Origin: Carcharhinus longimanus
Taxonomy: Eukaryota
Direction of reading: 5' to 3'
Assembly (NCBI GenBank): GCA_030264375.1
Contig: JASCQW010000072.1
Span: 15,528,634-15,592,633, forward strand
Length of the DNA: 64,000 nucleotides
In this document: positions 1-11,410 of the stretch, in pieces
Layout of the letters: each line of letters opens with the position of its first letter
Position numbering within the stretch: position 1 is the first letter of the stretch
Notes under the pieces: generated by a model
The model's input: only the letters and a program-made list of their open reading frames with translations
Told to the model about the DNA's origin: nothing
Database searches by the model: none
Program-made: the position numbers and the translations under genes

Positions 1-369
1 GCCTGTCTTTTCTCCTGACAGTGAGATAGTCGATAAGATGCCAATGCTTAGAGCAGGGGTGCATCCAGGAGGTCTTGTTATGGGTAGGCAGACGGAAGGT
101 TGTGTTGGTGATGAGGAGAAAGGTAGGGCAATCAAAACCAGTTTTCTCTGGCTGACAAAAAGAATGGCAAGTAAGAGGAAGCAAAAATAGGGATTGAGTG
201 ACAGATGTCAGATTGACGATATAAGTGAGAACCAGCTTGAATATAGAAAGTCTGGGGAGGAAGTGAAAAGGGAAATAAGAGGAGTAAGGAGAAAGTCTGA
301 GAACAAGAAACCAATTAACATTAAAAAAACCAAACATTTTCTATAGGCATATAAATCATCAGTGGGTAT

Positions 370-1083
370 TGTCCCATTGTACACACTTTAGTTTTCCCTT
401 TTGGCCTTTCGCTACTAACCCCACAAGATGATCAACAAATGTTAAACTCCCTTGTTCTTGCTCCATCACGGCTGGGCGGGCAGGCGGTTAGACTCATGAT
501 TGCATTTTCTTAAACTGCATCTCACATGTTCTGTTTCTCCTCCGGCTTGCGCAGTACTTTGGTTACTATAGCAATGGCTCAGTTCCAGCATTGCAGGCAC
601 CAAGTATAACGTTCAATAATAAGTCCAATGAGCATTGCACAAACACCGAAATGCGGGAAGCAATTCTGATCCAGGGATGAATGTCAGCCTAATACCCTGG
701 TCCCAAACCATCTGCCACTATAATGCATCCTCCAGTTCAACCTTCACATTTCCTCCCATTTGCCCGATTACCTATTGGATTCAGTGATGCTGCCTCTTTG
801 GCAACCGGGCCTCTTTCCTCAACTTCAGTGCATGTTCCAGCAGCTTTGTGATTCACTTCTGCTTGGAATACAGGTCCTCCTTTAAATCAACGGTTTTATT
901 CATTGGTTCTCTGTGAGGAGGCCAAAAGTGGTTTATTGCCTTGCTCTATCACTGCTGGCCAGGCAAGCAGTGACTGTCCGATTGTTGTTGGGGCCCAGAG
1001 GTAGAAGCAGAAACTTGAGTTGATCACTGGATGGTGGATATTAACCTAATGGTATCGAGGTTGAGTCACACAATATTCCCCTT
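370..1083 (-). mobile_element. Decayed env-like 3' fragment of an LTR retroelement / endogenous retrovirus
   Basis: Minus-strand broken frame GEYCVT..NSSFCF..TIGQ ... WQMVWDQG/DIHPWIRIASRISVFVQ, followed by a purine tract AAAAGGGAAAA (392-402). Stops and frameshifts are present. Confidence 0.4.
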
Positions 1084-1430
1084 TTCCACAGTATTTTACC
1101 TGTGTCAGTTCATGACAAGTGCTGGAAATTTTAAGAGTACAATTTAGGGCGGTGTTAAAACTGCACATAAGTCAGGTCCCCTTTCCTACGATCAAATAAA
1201 ATCCAGTAGTCATAAAAAAGTAGGCTTGTGTAATTTTAAAGGAAGTTGCACAAATGTTGTATTATTGTATTTTATTGCAGACCAGGGTTGGCGTCCATTT
1301 CCATTAGACTGAATTAGTGAAAGATGATGGTTACAGTAAGATGCAGTGCTTTATTTTCAATGTTATGTTAATGATACCATTTTTCTTAGTCTCTGAGTAC
1401 TTTGCCCTAATTTAACCAGGAAAATATATT

Positions 1431-1629
1431 AATAAGAGCAAATTGCTGCGGATGCTGGAATCTGAAAATAAAAGAGAAAATGCTGGAAAATCTTAGCAGG
1501 TCTGGCAGCATCTGTAAGGAGAGAAAAGAGCTGACGTTTCAAATCCAGATGATGCTTTGTCAGCTCTTTTTTCTCCTTACAGATGCTGTCAGACTTGCTG
1601 AGATTTTTCAGCATTTTCTCTTTTAGTTT
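1431..1629. mobile_element. Penelope-like-element-derived palindrome with 14-bp target-site duplication
   Basis: ~70-bp inverted arms. CAGGAAAATATATT is duplicated at 1417-1430 and 1630-1643. The spacer holds a hammerhead-like core on the minus strand. Confidence 0.75.
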
Positions 1630-1780
1630 CAGGAAAATATATTGTAAGTATGACTGCTCATTTATAAAGGGGCTTTGAAAATGTTCAGTCAGTTTTTAAT
1701 CTTAGTATGTCATTTCTTGATATCTCTCGTTCAGAAATCACTTGCATAATAATTGATTTCTGTATCCAAACAAACAGAAG

Positions 1781-2090
1781 GGGTGGCGCAGTGGTTGACA
1801 TTGCTGCCTCACAGCATCAGGGACCCAGATCCAATTCTGGCCTCTGGTCACTGTCTGTGTGGAGTTTGCACTTTCTCCCCATGTCCCCATGGTTTCCTAT
1901 GGGTACTCCGGTTTCCCCCCACCCTCCAGAGGTGTGCGGGTTAGGTTGATTGGCCGTGCTAAATTGATATTAGTGTCGGGATTAACAGAGTAAATATGTG
2001 GGGTTATAGGAATATGGTTTGGGTGGGATTGAGGTCGGCAGAGTCTCGATGAGCTGAATGGCCTCCTTCTGCGCTGTAGAGATTCTATGA
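1781..2090 (+). mobile_element. HE1/V-SINE-type tRNA SINE with CR1(HER1)-like tail
   Basis: GGTGGCGCAGTGG A-box head, central GTCTGTGTGGAGTTTGCAC body, tail ending GATTCTATGA. Confidence 0.85.
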
Positions 2091-2159
2091 ATGTGATATT
2101 TTCGTACCAGAATGCTATTGCAAGTGAAGTATGTTTTAATTTAATTGTCTTTGTTACAG

Positions 2160-2239
2160 TATGTCTGGATTTGGGATGAACAGGAATCAGGCTTTTGGGA
2201 TTAATAATTCACTTTCAAGTAACATTTTCAATGGCACAG
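2160..2239 (+). CDS. CNOT2: CNOT2 internal coding exon (S)MSGFGMNRNQAFGINNSLSSNIFNGT; upstream exons lie outside the window
   Basis: ttgttacag acceptor and G|gtaaat donor. Translation is nearly identical to recalled vertebrate CNOT2 (MSGFGMNRNQAFGMNNSLSSNIFNGT). Confidence 0.95.
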
Positions 2240-3199
2240 GTAAATTTGTTTTTCCGTTTGGTTTTACCACTAAAACTTTCCTTTAACATTATTCCATATA
2301 CTAGACTCCCGTGTCTGCACAAGTTTAATTAAATTGCATTTTTTTAATTCCATGGCTCAGGGCACGCACTACTATTTGTGGTGGTTATCAATGGAATATG
2401 TAGACCTGGAATGGCACAAATGACCATTATTTCCATCATTTCATGTCCTGCTCTTCCTGTTCCAAATATGATCGCTCTGCTGGGAGCATGATGAATCGTT
2501 CTTTGCAGATCTTTTTGTACCATTATTTAGAAAACAAAGATAATAATTTAAGTCACCTGGAATGTCTTAAGATTAAACACCATGACATGAAATGAGTTTG
2601 TATTTATCACATGTGAAATTGGCAAGAAGGCACAATTTTGAGGTGGTGTGATCCATTCCCTAAGGATTCCTCAAATGTGACTGATGGCATATTAATCAAT
2701 TTTAAGTGGGCATAGGGCTCTTGCATATGCTTATTATCTAATGCCTGTTTAAGCACCTGCCTTCTGACATTGGTCAAAAACTGAGGCATGATCCATTTCA
2801 ATCTCCTGGTACTTTCTGGTGTTGAGCAAGCTGAAAGTTAAAGTTTTTTTCTTTGTAGCTTATCTTAATATGCATTTTTAACCTGTGTTTGATAATTGTA
2901 CATGACAAATCAATTGCATTTTCTAATTAAGGATATAGTGACATAGTAAATCAAAATCCATTTGCATGTGAATTTGTTAGATTATTGGGGTGATTGGAAT
3001 CCACAAATCTGTTCTTTTCCCTCTGGAAGCTGTAAGTCTAGATAACTACTGCTCTATACAACTTCACCAATGAACTGACCTATTCTTGTTTTGCAGACAT
3101 GGCTGCACAAATCCAATTTTAATTTGTTTTAATGTATTTTAGATACAAACAATGTAGCGATAGCAAAATATCCTTTGCATGTGTAGCATGATTGTATGT

Positions 3200-3945
3200 A
3201 ATAGATAACAATCGCACCACACAAATGCTAGACAATGACCACATCCAATGTGAATCTAATCATTGCCCCTTGACGTTCAATAGCATTGCCATTACTGAAA
3301 TCCCCATGATCAATATCCTGGGGGTTAGCATTGATAGAAACTGAACTTAGCTAGTTATATAAACACTGTGGCTATAAGAGCAGGTCGGAGGGCAGGAATT
3401 GAATGAGTAACTCGCCTTATTTCCCAAAGCATCCATTATCTACAAGACATAAGTCAGCAGAGTGATAGAATACTCTCCAAGTGCCTGGATGAGTCTGGCC
3501 CCAACAACACTCGATAAGCTTGAAACCATGCAGGACAAAGCAGTCTGCTTGATTGGCACCCCATCTACAACCATTCACTTCCTCCATCACTGATGTATAG
3601 TAGTAGCAACATGTATCATCTACAAGGTACGCTAAAAGAACTCATCAAGTCTCCTTAGACAACACGTTTTAAACCCATGACCATCTAGCAGGACAAAGGC
3701 AGCAGATGCATGAGAATGCCATCATCTAAAGTTCCCCTCCAAGCCATTTGCCATCCTGATTTGGAAATAGTTGCTGGATCAAAATCCTGGAACTCCCTTC
3801 TTAACAGCACTATGGGTGTACTTACAGTACACGGACTGTAGCAGCTCAAGAAGACAGCTCACCATCACCACCTCGGGTTATTAGGGATGGGCAATAAATG
3901 CTGGCCTAGCCAGTGAAGCCCATCCTCATGAATGCAATTTTAAAA
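3200..3945 (+). mobile_element. Decayed CR1-group LINE 3' fragment (GGGATGGGCAATAAATGCTGG-tailed family)
   Basis: Degenerate RT C-terminal coding (IYK..VR..EYSP.AW) and a 3' tail shared with copies near 33280 and 35880. Confidence 0.65.
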
Positions 3946-4055
3946 ATGTATCAGTATGAAGGTATAGTTAAAAACACTTCTTAAAACCATTTTTGTTGCC
4001 CTATTTTAATGTTACTACTTTAAATCAGATCTGTTCAAATTGTTTTGTGTTTTAG

Positions 4056-4181
4056 ATGGAAGTGAAAATGTTACAGGGTTAGACCTCTCAGAATTTCCAG
4101 TACTAGCAGACAGAACCAGAAGGGAAGGAAGTGGTAATCCTACTCCACTAATAAATCCGTTGGCGGGAAGGACTCCTTATG
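4056..4181 (+). CDS. CNOT2: CNOT2 coding exon DGSENVTGLDLSEFPVLADRTRREGSGNPTPLINPLAGRTPY
   Basis: tgtgttttag acceptor and G|gtaaga donor. 126 nt, phase 1-1, matches CNOT2. Confidence 0.96.
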
Positions 4182-4647
4182 GTAAGACATCTTCTTTAAC
4201 TCTACCATAATTGTATTTTTTTCACTGCTTTAAAAAGGGAGTCTTGCATGTAATTTCCCATTTAAACCTAACTTCTATACTAGTGATAAATACACAGCAC
4301 AGAGTCACACTGTTTTGTGCAAAGAAGAAAGGTTTCAGATTCAACACCTGGTCTCTGATGAATTTGACTGACTTTAGATAGACTAGAAGATGTGGTGGTA
4401 CAATTAGCTCCTGGGAATACAGACTAATAAAAGGGAATCTTGGCAGATTGTTGCTCATGGAAAGTATTCAGCTAGAAATACACCTATATAGATCCGCTTC
4501 CTTAATTCCTGTGTTGTTTATGTAGATGGACCAAGAAGACAGCAGGTTGAATACATGGTCTATGATACATGGTTCAACAAGGTAGTAAAGGAAGTATTAA
4601 AAGTGGCCTCAGTGGTGTTAAGCTGGTGGGGGAGGAAAGCATAATAC

Positions 4648-5989
4648 AGTCATAGAGGTTTACAGCATGGAAACAGGCCACTTAGCCCAACTTGTCCATG
4701 CCACCCTTTTTATTTAAACACTAATCTAGCCTAAATTGCCCGAGTTTGGCTCATATCCCTCTACACCCATCTTACCCATGTAACTGTCTAAATGTTTTTT
4801 AAAAGACAAAATTATACCCGCCTCTACTACTACCTCTGGCAGCTCAGTCCAGACATTCATCACCCTGTGTGAAAAAATTGCTCCTCTGGATTCTTTTGTG
4901 TATCTCCCCTCTCACCTTAAACCTATGGCCTTTAATTATAGATTGCCCTACCTTTGGGAAAAGATGTTGACTATCTTATCTGTGCTCCTGATTATTTTAC
5001 AGACCTTTATAAGCCTCCCATGCTCCAGGGGAAAAAATTCCAATCTATCCAGCCTCTCCTTATAATTCAAACCATCAAGTCCCGGTAGCATCCTCGTAAA
5101 TCTTTTCTACACTCTATAGTTTAGCAATTTCCTTCCTATAATACAGTGACCAGAATTGATTTCAAAGTGTATTGTACAACTTCAACAAAAGATCCCAATT
5201 CCTGTATTTAATGTTCTGATCAATGAACCCAAGCATGTCAAATGTTCACCACTCTGTCCACCTGTGACTCCAGTTTCAAAGAGCTGTGAACCTGTATACC
5301 TAGATCTCTTTGTTCTATAACTCTCCCCAGTGCCCTACCATTAACTGAGTAAAATCTTGCTCTGGTTCGATCTACCAGAATGCATTAGCTCGCATTTATC
5401 GAAATTAAACTCCATCTACCATTCATCAGCCCACTGGCCCAATTGATCAAAATCTCATTGCAATCTTAGATAACCTTCTTTACTGTCTACTAAGCCACCA
5501 ATCTTGGTATCATCTTCAAACTTACTAACCATGCCCCCTAAATTCTCATCACTACTGTAAATGACACTGATCCCTCAGGCACACCGCTGGTCACAGGCCT
5601 CCAGTTTGAAAAACAACTCTCTACAACCTCTTCTGTCATCAATGCACGCTGGATCCCGTAAGATTTAACCTTATGGAACAACCTATAGTGTGGAACCTGT
5701 CAAAGGTCTTGCTAAAGTCGATGTAGATGTCAACTGCATTGCTCTCATCTACCTGCTTGGTTATCCCTTCAAAAAATTCAGTCAAATTCATGAGACATGA
5801 TTTTCCACTCACAAAGCCATGCTGACTGTCCTATTCAATCCTTTCCTCTTCTAAGTGTCTGTACATTCTGTCTCTCAGAATACCTACTTACAACTTTCCC
5901 ACTACCGATGTTAGGCTTACCACCCAGTCATTCCCAGGCTTTTCCCTGCAGCCCCTCTTAAACAAAGGTACAACATTTGCCACCCTCCA
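4648..5989 (-). mobile_element. CR1/HER1 LINE 3' portion
   Basis: Minus-strand ORF2 motif WRVANVVPLFKRG.REKPGN (ORF 5888..6109) and a CR1-type 3' tail at 4648. Confidence 0.85.
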
Positions 5990-6719
5990 TAAGTTGAATC
6001 TTATGTGACTGATCGTTGTCCAGTCCAATCCAGCTTTTGCTGCTTGTGAACGTGGACATAGTGCGAACCAGAAAGGGATTCTGCTTTGCTTCTCCTGTAG
6101 TTTAAGCAAGTTCCACGTGAAGAATTGCTTGGTAAAGTACCAGAAGACTGCACATATCTATGGAGTAATACCGCTGCTTGAATTGTAGCTCTTGAGAAAG
6201 TAGTAGTAACGGAAGAAAATTACGATTAGTTTTTTCCTGACTAGGAGCTTTTACAGTGGAAATTGTTCACCAGAACTAGCTGTTTATTGACACCACCTCA
6301 TGATCATTCCTTTTTTTCATCTCATGGAGGAAAGGAATAGGTTCTGTCATTCCTCAGTATGCAAAGTAAGGAACTTAGAAAGTGGTGATGTACTGATACT
6401 AGTCTGTGTCTACTTAGTCTGTTGGAGAAATAAAACATTTGGTTTCCCACAGAATCACGATTTACCTTCACATTCTTTTTGTTAATATCCATTTCCTAAA
6501 TTATAAATACTGTTTTAAAGGAGGGTTTTGAAGAATTCGTTGAGGAAGCTATATGTGAAAATGAGTTGCCATCCTAGTGAAGCTGCAAGAGAGGTTCACG
6601 TGCATGCTAGCAGTTAAAGCAGAATGCTGTGGCCAGAGCTAAGTGATCCTGCAACTAGCAGATCAAGTCAAAGCTCTACAGCTTAGCTACATTTATTTAT
6701 GAGTAATGGCGGACGAGTA

Positions 6720-7420
6720 AGCATATGGGAGGAGATGATACCACAGTGGCTGAATCCAGCACTTGAGGACAACAGTCGAGCCTGACACACGTGCAACTAT
6801 TTTCAATTACGAGTGCCAAGTGGATGATTCTCTTGGGCCTCCTTTTGAGGCCCCCACCATCAAAGATGACAGTCTTCAGTTCGATTCACTCCATCTAACA
6901 TCAATAAATGGTAGAATACATTGAACACAGCAAAAGCCGCAGGCCTTTACAGCATCTGTTATATTGCTGAAGACTGTTGGTTCTGAATTAGCCACATTCC
7001 TAGCTAAGCTATTCCAGTGCATCTACCAACACCAGCAGCTACCTGACAAGATGGAAAATTGTTTAACTATGCCACATCCACAAAAATAGGAGAAATCCAA
7101 CCCAATCAATTACCACCTTTTGGGCTTACTCAAAGTCATTAGCAAAGTAATGGAGAGAATTGCAATACTGCAAGCAAGTTATACTTGCTCGCCAGTAACC
7201 TGCTCAGTTTGTTTACTTACCCCAGAATCACCTGGCTGCAGACATAATTAAGATGCAGGAATTGAATTCCAGAGATGACATGAGAGTTATTGCCCATATC
7301 ATAAAAGGAGCATTCTACCAAGTGTGGCACCAAGGTACTCCAGTGAGACTGGAGGCAGTAGTGATGTGGGTAAACCTCAGTGGCAGGAGGCATATCTGGC
7401 ATAAAAAAGATTGATTATAG
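6720..7420 (+). mobile_element. Decayed CR1-group LINE RT fragment
   Basis: Degenerate coding AKAAG...ELATFLAKLFQ...WKI...HKK..KSNPINY. Confidence 0.6.
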
Positions 7421-9083
7421 TTGTTGGAATTCAATTCCATGGAATCCCTACAGTGCAGAAGGAGGCCATTCAGCCCATGGAGTCTGTACCGGACTCTCTC
7501 AAAGCGCATCTTAACCAGGCCTTAGAAACATTAGCTGCATGAACTGGTGCCAGTTATGGATGGGGATGGGGAGCCCACCTTCACGGATTCCTGGGGGAGA
7601 CAGTCTCCCCCAGGACATTTTCCCCTCATAACTGTCCCGCGGCCTTCTGAACCAGGCCTCCCAACCCCAACCCTGGACAGGGTCTGCCTGTAGTCCTATG
7701 GCCACTTCCACACGGCTGGTGCTGCTGGGACGATAAAGCCTCCAGCCAAACGACTGACCAGCAGCTCACTTAAGGCGAGACTTGTTCTTGAGAAAGAGAT
7801 AGAAGTCTTGCCTTAAACAATTAACACTGTTGCCATTGTTAACTTCAAGGCTGTTGTCAGGATAGTCAGCCAGGATAATGGGTGCTCTAAACCCTTCAAA
7901 TTTTTAGCTGGAGGGTGGGACTGCATGGCTCCCTAAAATCCAGTTCTGTGTGTGGGTTTGAACTGAATTCTACAATACCATAAAGCAACATGATTATTTA
8001 AGTACTGTAGGCATTGTTGCTTTTTGTAATCATTTAATATGTTTACACCATTAAACTTTGTGACTCTCGCAATTATTTTGCCTCCACAATACCATTGGCA
8101 TTGACTAATAAAATTATTCAAATAATTCAAACTTACTTTAATGATTGATTTTTCTTCAAAGCATTCCTTTTTTTAACATCTTGACTAGTAGCAAGACTTC
8201 CTCTTTAAAGAACGCAATTAATAAAAGTGTAATCAATGTTCTCAACTGTATCGGTATGCGACAGCACAGCAATCTGTAATGGACTTCACACTTTAAAAAA
8301 TAGGCCATGCAGTACTCGGAAGAAAATTAGAGGGAACATTGAGTGTAACTAGTTTTATTTTTTAAGAATTCAGAATTTTAGAAATAAAACTGCAACCTTG
8401 TTCAAACATTGCTTTTCTAAAGAGGGGAGAAAAAAATCAGCGAATTGAGATTTTTGAGGTGGTGATACATAATCTTCCCCAACCTGTACTTGACAATTAT
8501 TTTGTTTTCTTTTCATTACAACTAGAGTTCCCTAACAAATTGCTTCTGATCCATATTAAAGAGGAACAGATGGCCCATTAAGGGATAGACTTATACCATT
8601 CTCCTTGCAAATAACTGACTCTTAGATCAAGACAGCCATTGTTGAAAGCAATTTCACCTCTTAGAGGTGTGTAACACCAATTGAAAAGGATTGTATTACT
8701 GGTCATATTCTGTGAGTCACCAGCTGAGACATGGCAAATTAATAATGGAGGTGAATAATCTAGTGCTTCCAGTCTTGGTGAGGTGTGGATTTTATTTTTA
8801 TTCCATAGTTAGGATAAACTATAGCCAAATTTAAATTCATTCATAGATTTGAAAAACACAATAAATTTCCTGAGAAGGAAATGTTGGAATTGGCTGTTCT
8901 GTCCATTGTCTTGTCGCATTAACAGCATTGTGTCCAACCACACTCCATCTCCACCATGTGTACTTTCATGTTGTCACATGGGGAGTACCTTTTATATTGA
9001 AATTAAATGATATAACTATATTATAATCCCATTCCTGAGGCAGGGCTTTTCTAAAGAGTCCACTGGCAATTAACTTCACATAT

Positions 9084-9161
9084 CTTTTTCTCTGAGGCAT
9101 ATGTTTTTCTAATCAGTTAGCTCTTTTTCTCTGAGGCATATCCTTTTCTAATCAGTTAGCT
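9084..9161 (+). repeat. 39-bp tandem duplication
   Basis: CTTTTTCTCTGAGGCATAT(GT/CC)TTTTCTAATCAGTTAGCT occurs twice, with 2 mismatches. Confidence 0.9.
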
Positions 9162-9339
9162 CACCTGAGGTAGTTCAAAATTCGGTGAAAGTTAATGGTA
9201 TCTGAAAGCTCAAACGTGCTTGCACTGGGATAATTTCATAGCTCTTAAGATAACCAAGCACGTTGGTTGCACGTTGTAGTTGAGTTTCTATACAGAACAA
9301 GTAGGAATTAATTAGATACATTCAAGCTTTTGCACTTCA

Positions 9340-9730
9340 ACCTTGCCTCAGTGGTCGTGGTCATGGATTCAAGTCAAAACACAAAATCTAGGTGGACATT
9401 TTATTGTATTATTGCTGCATTGTTGAAGGTGCTGATTTTCAGATGATGATGTAAACTGCTCCATCTGCCCACTCACATGGTTGTCAAAGAGCCCATGACA
9501 CAATTCAAAGAGGTGTTCTCCCTCTATCCTAGTTAACGTTTGTTCCTCAACCAATTTTTCTAAAAGAGATTAATTTTCATTAGCTAATTGTTATTTTGAG
9601 AGATCTTGTGTACATATTGGCTATATTGCAGTTCAGACTATGATGCAAAGATACTTAATTAGCAGTGGAAAGCTTTGGAATTACCTGAGGTTGTGAAAGA
9701 CATCTAGTTAAGTCTAAGTGCATTCTTTCT
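9340..9730 (+). mobile_element. Old Deu-domain SINE (SacSINE1/AmnSINE1-like)
   Basis: Degenerate match to the Deu core (GCTGCATTGTTGAAGGTGC..TTTCAGATGA..TAAAC) and an L2-like tail (GAGGTTGTGAAAG..). Confidence 0.55.
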
Positions 9731-10984
9731 TCTTGTAAGTCAGTTTCATATCTTTACATCTTGTAACTCATTGCATTACAATCCTACCTAAGAATCCTGA
9801 AATTAATCATTGACATTTTGTTTGTTGTATCTGAGGTTGTCATGTGGTGTATGTACCTGAGCCCTGATGAAACAGTGATCTCAAACATTTACCTGTGGCA
9901 GAATGATCTCCCAATAATGGGGCAGCAGAATGTCTAATGGTTGATGTAACATTATTACTTTTTTCCCTTCCCAGTTTTGGCTTCCAGTTATATTGACTTC
10001 ACTGATCTTTCCACTTCACCAGAAAAAAAATTGTGTTGCAAGTGATCTGTCAATGCATTATTTTCTAGCTCCAGTCCAAGGATCAGCCAGTCATTTGGAT
10101 AGGTAGTGCTATTGTAGTCAGGAATAGCGACAAATGGGAAAACTAAAATTTCAGTTTTCTATGGAAAGATGAGCCAGAAATACAAACCTTGGAGATCGAG
10201 TACCACACGATGCTGAAATTCTAAAAAAACTAGTGAGGAAAGCCAGATGATGAGTTTGCTCAGCAGTATTGTTATGCCTCATAGATAACTGTTATTTATG
10301 TGACCTTGAATCTTTAGTCTTTATCATTTCTCTGCCATTGATAATGGGTAAAATGAGGTATAGCTAGGAATTATTTGTAATTATTTTTTGTTTGCCTTGC
10401 AAGAGCAACTTTTTTTCTTTCCTCTGCTCTCTCTCCAATTTCAACCAGAGCATTTTCTTCTTTCTCCCCAACTCTCTTTCTGCCACATCAAGTTATTGTT
10501 ACATTCCCTGTTTACAAAAGGGATGACCGTTGTCTAATTGGGATTTGGAAGTACTTCATAGGAATGTTCCTCTGTAAAGGCTTAAGATTTAATAAGACAT
10601 GGACTGGATTTTGCATCAGTAGTGAAGCAGCAGTAGTTGCTGCTAATTTCAAAGGAATTGCCCACATATTGAACTTGGTGGGACAGGCTCCTCCTCTTCC
10701 CTTATCATGTTTCATGCAACAGTGCATGTCATCAACCAGTGTAAATAGCCAATCAAGTTGAAGTATTCTCGTGGACCACTAACCAGGAAGTAAAAGCCAT
10801 TGAAGCCTTATGGTTTTAATTTTTTTCAGTTTTACAGATAGCAAGATAAATGGGAAGTAAATATTTGTTAAGGTAGAAACTAAAATATCATAAACACTGA
10901 AATTTTTCATGAAGAAATTTGAGATTCAAACACATCTCCACATCATGGCTATACAGACAAAGCACAGAAAAGGAGTTATAAGTT

Positions 10985-11410
10985 TCAGCTATAAGGAGAG
11001 GCTGGCTAGACTGGGATTTTTTTTCTCTGGAGCACCGGAGGCTAAGGGATGATCTTATAGTGGTCTACAAAATAATGAGGGGCGTATACGAGGTAGATAG
11101 ACAACATCTTTTCCCAAAGGTAGGGGAGTCTAAAACTAGAGGGCCATGGTGACAGATTCAAAAGGGTCCAGAGGGGCAATTTTTTTCACACACAGAGTGG
11201 TGAGTGTTTGGAACAAGCTGCCAGAGGTGGTGGTAGTGGCAGGTTCAATTTTGTCTTTTAAAAAGCATGTTAACAGTTACATGGGTAAGATAGGTTTAGA
11301 GGGATATGGGCCAAAACCAGGCAATTGGGACCAGTTTAGGGGATGAAAAAAATGGGCAGCACGGACAAGTCAGGCTGGAGGGCCTGTTTCCATGCTATAA
11401 ACCTGTATGA
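10985..11410 (+). mobile_element. CR1/HER1 LINE 3' end
   Basis: SYKERLARLG..GDLI.VYKIM and FFTHRVVSVWNKLP coding, followed by the CR1 tail. Confidence 0.85.

Noticed and set aside
9138-9147. ATATCCTTTT, the U12 AT-AC donor consensus
   Set aside because: It arises from two substitutions in one copy of a 39-bp tandem duplication and has no supporting exon.
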